64,000 nt of DNA from Octopus vulgaris (lineage: Eukaryota): contig OX597815.1 of NCBI GenBank assembly GCA_951406725.2, forward strand, positions 121,892,001 to 121,956,000. Direction: 5' to 3'. The notes under the pieces were generated by a model, which searched no databases, was not told the DNA's origin, and worked only from the letters and a program-made list of their open reading frames with translations. Below, piece after piece: positions 54,830 to 64,000 of the stretch (the stretch's first letter is position 1; the number at the start of each line of letters is the position of its first letter). The translations under genes were made by a program, and so were the position numbers.

Positions 54830-54830
<1 letters not shown>
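54733..54830 (+). mobile_element. tRNA-like SINE head with (AAT)n tail (not a functional tRNA)
   Basis: A box tggtgtagtgatt, anticodon-like stem-loop gggctattaaccc, B box agttcgatccc, no acceptor-stem closure, directly followed by (aat)n(gat)n. Confidence 0.6.
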
Positions 54831-54863
<33 letters not shown>

Positions 54864-54920
54864 CGCTGCCGCCGCCGACAACGGCGACGATGATATCGAA
54901 AAATACCTTAGTAATGAGAA

Positions 54921-55335
54921 AAGTAATGACAGCCTTTGAGAAAGAGGGAAAAAACCTCCTCAGCAAAACAAAGCTCCAGAAGAAAACCAAAACTTTCAGA
55001 CAGGAACCGTCAGACTCTTACGCAAATTCTTAGAAGGGATCACAAAAGAACAGATCTCAAATTTACTGCAGAGCTTAATGACCACCTCTAGAACTCAGCT
55101 TCCGCAAAAATTGTTTGCCAGGAGCTGCACAAAGCCAGATTTCATGGGAAATCAGAAAACCACTACTTTCAAATACAAATGTTGCTAAGTGTTTAGAGTA
55201 GAGTAAGAATCTGCAGAATTAGTCCCTAAAGAAGTGGAAGAATGTTATTTTCTCAGACGAGTCATCCTTTACCTTATTTCCAATGACCAGCATATACGTG
55301 AAGCATTTGACCCAGACTGCCTGCTTCCAATTGTT
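54921..55335 (+). pseudogene. Tc1-like transposase fragment
   Basis: Frameshifted KVMTAFEKEGKTSSAK..RKPKLSDR..TL..I, IRKPLLS..N..K.LE, and KWKNVIFSDESSFTLF (first catalytic Asp motif). Confidence 0.8.
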
Positions 55336-56042
55336 ATATATATATACACATATATATATATATATATATATATTCATCATCATCATCATCATCATCACTA
55401 TCACCATCATTTAATGTCCTTTTTCAATGCTGGTATAGGGTGAACAGTTCAATATAAACTGATGAGTAAGAGGGCTGTGTCAAGCTCCAGTGTCTGATTT
55501 GGCATGGCTTCAACTGCTGGATACTCTTCTTAATGCCAGTCACTTTACAGAGAGTACTAAGTGTTTTTTTCATGGCACTAGCACTAGTGAGGTCACCAAG
55601 TACTAGGAAAACATTATTTGGTATTTAAATCAATCTCATTATAAATTTTAAGTGTAATAAAACAAAATGGAAAATTGGTTTTTAGTAATAATTCAAATGA
55701 TGGTCTACTTGATAAGGAAATAAATTCAATGTGGAAGCTATGACACAGTCACTCAACTTGTTAACATAGCATCAGTGTCTTCTTTAAAGCCACTAAGTAG
55801 AACACACTGAATAAAGTAGCCCTAGATACTTCTAGGAAGTTAGATTAGTCATAGCTAGAGTAATTTTGATCAATAAGGATTGATCTAGTGCTGAAATATC
55901 CAGTTCCACTTTTTGCTCAATTTTTTAGTCCTAAGAAATTTCTTATAAAATTACAGTAGAAAATGTAAATGTATTCAAAAGTATTTTGAAGTATTTTTGG
56001 ATTCAGTAGTTATTCATATTTAATGATAAGCTGTTTTCAATT

Positions 56043-56045
<3 letters not shown>

Positions 56046-56135
<90 letters not shown>
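56046..56135. repeat. (CT)n microsatellite, about 45 units
   Basis: Direct reading. Confidence 0.97.
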
Positions 56136-56140
<5 letters not shown>

Positions 56141-57552
56141 TAAATGAACTAATGTTGTAAATAAGACTAGCAAAGATTAAGAATTGGAGACTTGAAAAAA
56201 TTGATATCATTACACTTCGACAAATATTTAAATGTTCAGAGTTTGTAAGAAATATCAAAACTGAACCATTTATAAAATAGTGTATAAGAGAGTATGTATT
56301 ACAGGGGAAATGTGTCTGGCATAAATCAACACTATTTGTTGATATAGAGTAAGTGAAAACAATTTCATCCACTCATGACTAAATATTTCAAGGAAACTAT
56401 TTGGAAAGTCTTGGAATGCCACCACTAGTTATTTAGAAATAGTATAGGATTTGCCAATGTCTCGCAAAGAATACACAAAACGAAGATCAGATGACCAGTT
56501 TAGTTATTTTAAGTGCTATTTACTTCAGACAAAACTTTCAGCTTGTTAGTTGAAAGAATTTTGTTGAAAATAAATAAATAGATAAATACATACATAAATA
56601 AATAAATAAATAAATAAATTCTGCAATGTTTCAGATCTTAGCTTTAAGATTAAAAATGAGGAAATAATGATAGAATTTCTACTATATTCCATATAGGGCT
56701 CTTACAATGTAACCTTATCTGTTCCTTTCCAGACATGCTTCTTGTATTATTAACTGTTTAGAATTCTGGAGTTTGTGCATAATTTAAAGTTTTAGGCTAG
56801 TTTCTTTGAAAATATCTACTGCTTCCTTCCCATTTCCAAATATATATCTTTTCTCAATGAATTTGCCTTCCTTTCTCCTTCTGGCGTTCATTAAATAAAT
56901 ATTACTAAAATAGCAGGGGTTGAATTCAATTAAATTTTCCACACCCATTCAAAACCTGGTCTCTTACTCAGTCAGAAAGAATTATAGTAATTTTTTTTTT
57001 TTTTGTTATTTCAAATGATTCTGTTTTATTTTCATCAAAACTATTTTTGTAGAAAATAATTTTGTCTCCATGCATTAAGGCATATCTTGATGTAATCCAC
57101 GGTTGTATAAAGTCTTTAATGTATTCCAGATGTAAGAATAATGTTAGTAAAGTACCCTGCTTAAGAACACAGAGTATTATAAGGGTGAATATCCAGAATC
57201 TGAAGAAACTAGTGAGAGGTGTTCAAGTAGCGTCTTTAGAAAATCAGGTAAGAATGCCTTGCAAGTATATTTATTCTGTGTCTGAGCTCTGAGTTCAAAT
57301 CTGACCAAAGCCGACTGTGTTTTTTATCTCTTCAGGGTTCATAAATAAAGTGCCAGTCAAGTACTGGGGTTGAACTTTCCTCTTTCTCCTTCATTTGAAT
57401 ACATCAAGGGTCAAAGAAAGTAGCGTTTCCATAACTACACTTTGAACACAAGATATGATATTTAAAATTTTTTATTCAGGTCTTGTTTTTAATATCCTTT
57501 TGTCTTTTATGCTTTAATTGTTTCAGCCATTGGACTGTGGCCCTGCTGGAGT

Positions 57553-58238
57553 ATGCTCTGCTGGATGTGTAATGTCAGTGTGCATACTCAACAGAGTGTA
57601 AGTACCTTGAGAGAAAAGTTGGACCTAAGAAGCATCAGATGTGGTGTGCAAGAGAGACGACTGTGCTGGTATGGCCATGTGGCAAGAATGGATGTGGACA
57701 GCTGTATGAAAAAGTGCCACACTCTAGTGGTTGAGGGAACCTGTGGAAGAGGTAGACTCAGGAAGACCTGGGATGAGGTGGTGAAGCATGACCTTCGAAC
57801 ATTGGGCCTCACCAAGGCAATGACCAGTGACTGGGACCTTTGGAAATATGCTGTGCTTGAGAAGACTCGGCAAGCTCAAGTGACACTATAACCTTGTGGC
57901 CTATGCCAGGGGTGTAACCAGCCCACTTATGCATACCTTTCCTTCATTGGACACTAAACTCTGCTTGTGGAAACCTGTTGAGGCAAGTGAAATTGAAATC
58001 AAAATCAAATTCAATGACTGGCATCCGTGCTAGTGGAGTGCTAAGAGTACCATACAAGTGAGATCGTTGCCAGAGCAAGAAGCTGGCCTCCATGCCGGTG
58101 GCACATAAAAAGCACCATTCGAGCCTGATCATTACCTGTGTCGCCTTACTGGCACTTGAAAAAACATTTGAGCGAGGTCATTGCCAGTGCTGTTGGACTG
58201 GCTCCTGTGCAGGTGGCACATAAAAAGCACCATTTGAG
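57553..58238 (+). mobile_element. RTE LINE fragment (ORF C-terminus and part of 3' UTR)
   Basis: MLCWMCNVS..LREKL..RRLCWYGHVARM..VEGTCGRGRLRKTWDEVVKHDL is a typical RTE C-terminus; 3' UTR carries ggcacataaaaagcacc repeats. Confidence 0.88.
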
Positions 58239-58515
58239 TGTCTGTGTTTGTTCCTACCACCATTTGACAACCAGTCTTGTTCTTTTTATCACGTCCCTAT
58301 AACTCAGTGGTTCAACCAAAAAGGCCAACAGAATAAGTACAAGACTTAGAAATAAGTTACAGGGTCAATTTATTTGACTAAAACTCTTCAAAGCATTGCC
58401 CCAACATAAAGAACTACAAGATATAAGATAGACAAAGTTATATTTGTTGCAAACCATGAATACATATTTTCTGCATATAACACACATATATAACATACTC
58501 TTCATAACTTCAAAA

Positions 58516-58943
58516 AGGAGTGGCTGTGTGATAAGAAGCTTGCTTCCCAACCACATGGTTCCACCAGGTTCAGTCTGACTGCATGGCTCCTTGGGCAAGT
58601 GTCTTCTACTACAGCCTCAGGTTGACCAAAGCCTTGTGAGTGGATTTGGTAGACTGAAACTGAAAGAAGTCTGTCATATATATATATATATATATATATG
58701 GGGGGGTATGTTTGTATGTGTGTGTGTGTGTATTTGTGTGTCTGTGTTTATCTCCCCATTATCGCTGGACAACCAATGCCGGTGTGTTTACGTACCTGAA
58801 ACTTAGCGGTTCAGCAAAAAAGATACTGGTAGAATATGTCCTAGGCTTACAAAGAATAAGTCCTGGGGTCGATTTCTTTGACTAAAGGCGGTGCTCCAGC
58901 ATGGCTGTAGTCAAGTCACTGAAATAAATAAAAGAATAAAAGA
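58516..58943 (+). mobile_element. SINE family A, full length
   Basis: Colinear with 52986-53410. Confidence 0.88.
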
Positions 58944-59249
58944 ATCAAGTTTCTTTTCATGAGACCCTACAATGCAAAAGTCTGAGGTTATAATTTTGTA
59001 TGAGGTCTTCCCCTCCAACAAACAACTATAAAAAAACAAAAGCACTGGCATAGTGTGAGTTTTGGCCACCTTTTGAGGTAGCCAAATCATCCATCCACTT
59101 CTTTAAATGTAACATACCTTTGACTACAATGAACACACAAGTGTAAAATGGTGCTTCCTGTGCAATCTGTATGCCTCACATATCAATACTATACCACTGC
59201 AGTAGTACATAGTACATATTTTTGTGCATCTCTCTCTCTCTCTCTTCAA

Positions 59250-59580
59250 TAGTTGGACCTCAGCCGTGCTGAAACATTACTTTGAAGGTTTTAGTAGAAC
59301 AACTCGCCCCTCCCCAACATATTTTTAAGCTTGATACATATACTGTCAGAGATGTAACAAATGACTACCAGTTATCAAACAGTGGACGGGACAAACACAT
59401 ACGTAAAGCAAAGACACATGTATATAACAGATTTCCACACAGTTTCCGTCTACCAAATTCTCTCACAAGGCATTAAATGGCCTGGGGCTGTAGTAGGCAA
59501 CACTTGCACAAGGGGCCATATACTAGGATTGTACCTGAAACTATGCAGCTGCAAAGTAAGCTTCTGCACCACTCAACCAT
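59250..59580 (-). mobile_element. SINE family A, diverged (other partial copies near 5990, 11515, 12955, 16500, 22320, 27408, 36440, 52440, 58240)
   Basis: cagtttccgtctaccaaattc.ctcacaagg core motif. Confidence 0.65.
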
Positions 59581-59657
59581 TTCTAATTATTTTACAGCAA
59601 TTGCATTATATAAAATTTGATCATAATTAAGATAATTGTTTATTATTCTTTCATTGA

Positions 59658-60020
59658 TGTATTTCGGAATGGTCATTTTTTTTTTTTGCCAAATAAACAT
59701 ACACACTATATATTTTTCCATCACTCGTTTATTACTGTTCTTATTTTATTATTTTAACTCATGTCCAGTATCCAGAAATCTTTCTTTGCACATCTGTGAC
59801 CTCTTCAGAGACACTTTTCGTTTTCATGTATGTTCTTGTTCTACTTACTCCATTCTGTTCTTCAGAATAGGTCACAGATGTGTGAAAAAAGATTTCTGGA
59901 CAATGGACATGAGTTAAAATAATAAAAATAGAACAGTAATAAACAAGTGAAGGACAAATATATAGTGCTTGTGTTTATTTGGTAAAAAAAAACAAAAAAA
60001 ACGACCATCCCAAAATATAT
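59658..60020. repeat. Long inverted repeat (about 145-bp arms, about 65-bp spacer), probably Penelope-type terminal repeats
   Basis: 59658-59802 is the reverse complement of 59868-60020 with scattered mismatches. Confidence 0.85.
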
Positions 60021-60084
60021 CTGTTTCAACACACAATTTCACACCAGGAATCATGCAACACAAATTGATAATCATAAATACTTT

Positions 60085-60965
60085 TATTGTTTTACTTGTT
60101 GTGGCCATGCAAGAGCACTGCCTTTACTCAAACAAATCGACCCCAGGACTTATTCTTTATAAGCCTAGTACTTATTCTATCAGTCTCTTTTGCCAAACCA
60201 CTAAGTTATGGAGACATAAACATACCAACATCAGTTGTCAAGCGATGGTGGGGGGACAGACACACAAATACATACATACATACATACATACATACATGGT
60301 GGCTGCCCCCTCGTTATCGAGTATGGCCATTGTGCGAAGCTTAATCAATGTTATTATCGTGCAATGCCTGTGCAAGAAGATTTTTTTTAAAGTGAGGAAA
60401 GGCTGTGCACTGAGTCAATCCCACTCACTAAGCAACAGCAGCCATAATCCGAAAAGAAGAACAAGTCAACATCATCAGTAACCACTGAGCCACAGGTTTT
60501 ATGTCGGAGTTATCCCAGTTACCTGAGTTACCTTCTCCTAGAAGGTTGCCCTAACAAAGGCTAGGAGTCCTACACTCCCAATGGTTTAACCGCGCGATCG
60601 GGTATTCAGTCCGATTATTTCTATGACCCCGCGCATGATACAGCCTTAAGACATTTACTGGATGGCCGTTGACTCTCAATAGTTCCTCCGCCCTTTGACG
60701 GGTTTTGCTTTTCATCCCGCATGGTGTCCAATAAACACCCTCCTCACCAAGCAAGCTTGGTGGGGTTGCCGGTTTAGTCGCCGACGACCCAACCATGCAA
60801 CAGGTTGTACTGGATTACATGTTACCAGTAGCACTCGAAAGTGACCTGACATACACATACATACATACATACATACATACATACATGGTGCCACACAGTG
60901 GGACTGATCCTGGAACCATGTGGTTGAGAAGCCAGCTTTTTACCACACAGCCACTTCTGCACCTA
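60085..60965 (-). mobile_element. SINE family A interrupted by the 60298-60850 insertion
   Basis: 3' half 60085-60270, 5' head 60887-60965; the central core segment is missing. Confidence 0.8.
60298..60850 (-). mobile_element. Young ~550-bp non-coding retroposon, probably a non-autonomous RTE derivative, inserted in (ACAT)n within a SINE
   Basis: CpG-rich island flanked by (ACAT)n on both sides. The minus strand contains ggcaaccttctaggagaaggtaactc (resembles RTE 5' UTR motifs) and ends in a ctcg-ataa-cgag hairpin before an (ATGT)n tail. Confidence 0.55.
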
Positions 60966-61835
60966 TAAAGGATTTGTAGCTCATTGGTCCAAAAAAGTTT
61001 GAAGGGTTATCATTTCTCCCATGAAAGGAATTTAAAAGTATAAAATATCCATTCTAATATCTTACCATCACTTACATCACTTCCCAACTATCTCCCTCCT
61101 CTTCTAAAATTTGAATAGTCATGTTGTTCCACTCCAGCAAGAAACCTGTTCTGTTCTGGCCCTTTCTCTTATATTTTATTCCTCTCTACTCCTTATCTTC
61201 ACAGCATAGAGTTATCATGCCCTACTCAGGCTTCAGAGTTTTGCAAATCACATGGCGATTTCAGTAGTGCTGGTGGCATGAAAAAGTACCCAGTATATGC
61301 TGTAAAAAGGTTAGTATTAGGAAGGGCATCTAACCATAAGAAATCATGCCAAAGCAGACACTGGAGCATGTTGCAGTCCTTAGGCCCATAGGATACTGTC
61401 AAAGTATTCAACTCACATCCACATGGAACACAGATATTAAATGATGCTGGTGGTGATGGTGCTGCTGCTGGTAGTGGTGGTGGTGGTGGTGGTGCAGCGC
61501 TGCTGATGCTGATGATGAGGATGATGATGACTACTTCTAGAAATTTATTCAAAGGAATGCTTATTTCATTGAAATTAATGTAGTCGCTGCACAAAACTGC
61601 TATTTCTCAGCAATTTTTCAGTGAGATAATTTATCTTATCTATATTCAATGAGTTTGTTCACAAGTCTTATTAAATTCATTTATTTATTTACACTGTCAC
61701 TGTTCAGAACTGATTACACAATATACTTTAATATTTTAAATTCTAAACACATAAATTTCACACCTCAAACTTTTCTTTACAGCAGTTAGATGTAAAGAAA
61801 TCTATATGAATCTATATTATTACTGAGAATTTTGA

Positions 61836-61879
<44 letters not shown>

Positions 61880-62039
61880 TTCTTTTTAGGAATAGTATAT
61901 TTCAAATTACAAACATAATCCTATAAATAATAGCATGTAAATATTAAACTGAAAAACTCTTTTAGATAGGAAAAGTTGAAGGCTCTATACTTATATAACT
62001 CTCTCTCTCTCTCTTCCTCTCATTCCCTTTCCCTATATG

Positions 62040-62086
62040 TGAATGTATGTATGTATGTATATATGTCTCTATCTATCTATCTATCC

Positions 62087-62127
<41 letters not shown>
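62040..62127. repeat. (ATGT)n and (ATCT)n tetranucleotide repeats
   Basis: Direct reading. Confidence 0.9.
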
Positions 62128-62642
62128 CCCACCTATAAAACTAAGGCTGTTGTGAATAAAGACTTGTTTTAAGAAGAAAAATGTTTTATAACTGTTTGCG
62201 TAGCTGTGTTATAATTTTTTAGAATTACTAATTGTAATCTCTTTTTTTTTTTAAATACTTATGGTTGATTGGATCATTTTCAAAATCATTAAGCTTGTCA
62301 AACAAACTATCTCTTTTACATTCTGAGTTCAAACCTGCTGAAGTCAACGTTGTCTTCTACCCTGCCAAGATTAATAAAATAAAGTAGCAGCCTAGTACTC
62401 AAGTTGCTGTAATGTATTCTAGATGTAAATGAAAGTATAATGGAAGAAGGTTTCATCAGATCAGTAAAAGCAAATACAAAGTTGGTTATGAGAAATCTAT
62501 TAAACAGGACTTCCTCCCTGCCATGGGCCCTCTTCTAGAATGAAAGAAAGGAAATAAGAAAGGGAGAGAGGAAGAAAAATCAATCTTAGGACCAATCCTG
62601 AAAGGATGAAAACAAAGTTGATGTTGGTGCAATTTGAACTCA

Positions 62643-62931
62643 GGCGTAGGAGTGGCTGTGTGGTAAGTAGTTTGTTTACAAACCACATAGTTCCAGGTTC
62701 AGTCCCACTGTGTTGCACCTTGGGCAAGTGTCTTCTATTATAGCCTTGGGCCGACCAAAGCCTTGTGAGTGGATTTGGTAGATGGAAACTGAAAGAAGCC
62801 TGTCGTGTATATGTATATATATATATATATGTATATATATGTATGTGTGTGCATATGTTTGTGAGTCTGTGTTTGTCCCCCCAACATCACTTGACAACCA
62901 ATTCTGGTGTGTTTATGTCTCCGTAACTTAG
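62643..62931 (+). mobile_element. SINE family A, 3'-truncated at a trinucleotide-repeat tract
   Basis: Colinear with 63307-63575. Confidence 0.85.
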
Positions 62932-62934
62932 AGT

Positions 62935-63100
62935 CAACAATGATGATGATGATGATGACAACAACAATGATGACGATGGCAATGACAATGATAGTGATGA
63001 TGATGCTGATGATGATGACAATGATGACAACAATGATGATGATAATGATGGTGGTGGTAGTGATACTACTGGTACTGCTAGTTCTGGTACAGGAAGCGGT
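62935..63100. repeat. Degenerate (ATG/ACA/GTG)n trinucleotide tract
   Basis: Direct reading; produces spurious poly-Met/poly-Ser ORFs. Confidence 0.9.
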
Positions 63101-63306
63101 GCTGTAAATGTCATCCCCATAACTGTTTTTGGAATTATAGAAGGAATCAGTTTAATGTATCATTCAAAAACCAATAGTTTTTACTTCAGTTTCTGACACT
63201 TTGTGCCTTTTGTGGGTTTTTTTAAAATCATGTAACTAATAATAAAACTAGATATATGAAAGAAGTCAGTTCTGTGTAAAACTTTTAAAATGTTCTACTT
63301 TAATAA

Positions 63307-63715
63307 GCATAGGAGTGGCTGTGTGGTAAGTAGCTTGTTTACTAACCACATGGTTCCGGGTTCAGTCCCACAGCGTGGCACCTTGGACAAGTGTCTTCTA
63401 CTATAGCTTCAGGCTGACCAAAGCCTTGTGAGTGAATTTGGTAGATGGAAACTGAAAGAAGCCTGTCGTATATATGTATATATATGTATATGTGTGTGCA
63501 TATGTTTGTGTGTCTGTGTTTGTCCCCCCAACATCGCTTGACAACCAATGCTGGTGTGTTTATGTCCCCATAACTTAGCAGTTTGGCAAAAGACACCGAT
63601 AGAATCAGTACTAGGCTTACAAAGAATAAGTCCTGGGGTTGATTTGTTCGACTAAAGGTGGTGCTCCAGCATGACCACAGTCAAATGACTGAAACAAATA
63701 AATGAGTAAATGAGT
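63307..63715 (+). mobile_element. SINE family A, full length
   Basis: Colinear with 52986-53410. Confidence 0.9.
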
Positions 63716-63786
63716 GCATAGCAAATTCAAATAAATGCCCCAAAGTATTCTGTCCAATCCACTAACAACTCTGCCCGCTCACCACC

Positions 63787-64000
63787 TTAACCTGTTAGTG
63801 TTCAGATTATTCTATCAAATGTAATGCTTATTCATTTACATTATTTTGAATTAATCATGCATTATCATGTAGCTTTGAGATTTCAATGATGTGATTGTTT
63901 ATTTTTATAATGATATTGAAGGACAGTTGGGAGAGGCTAGATCTAACTAGAACATAAACAAATAGAATATTTAGGCCAGATGTGCCCAATTTAAGTGCTA
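63787..64000 (+). mobile_element. Probable second TTAA-flanked MITE family, cut by the window end
   Basis: Starts ttaacctgttagtgttcag and ends ...ttaagtgcta, consistent with the start of an inverted terminus; the right end is not visible. Confidence 0.35.

Noticed and set aside
59969-60481. 170-aa ORF
   Set aside because: Spans an inverted-repeat arm, SINE A, a microsatellite and a nested insertion.
62887-63120. Poly-Met/poly-Ser ORFs (also poly-His, IYIY and ERER ORFs elsewhere)
   Set aside because: Translations of microsatellites.

Overview
AT-rich, repeat-dense eukaryotic (metazoan) DNA. The repeat landscape (abundant tRNA-derived SINEs, RTE LINE tails ending in (GAT)n, Penelope, mariner/Tc1 and piggyBac-type MITEs, dense microsatellites) looks like an octopus/coleoid cephalopod genome; this is inference, not a database match. 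Most of the window appears to be intronic or 5' flanking sequence of one minus-strand gene. Only two credible host coding exons were found. (1) A 258-codon Ser/Arg-rich exon (3820->3046) with six 33-bp repeats encoding ETRRDSGxSxF/Y. (2) A 60-codon ATG-initiated exon about 29 kb upstream (32847->32667), downstream of a CpG-rich promoter-like region. Both end at a phase-1 GT donor, which suggests mutually exclusive alternative N-termini spliced to a common exon, probably outside the window. Almost all other ORFs in the track are repeat or microsatellite artefacts or decayed transposon fragments. No prokaryotic-type system (CRISPR, operon) is present, and I cannot demonstrate a new biological system. 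The best leads are the phospho-repeat exon (whose repeats also form GNRA-capped RNA hairpins), the alternative first-exon architecture, Penelope-type inverted repeats with hammerhead-like cores, and a young bipartite non-autonomous RTE derivative. Repeat boundaries are read by eye and are approximate unless a TSD or TIR is cited.
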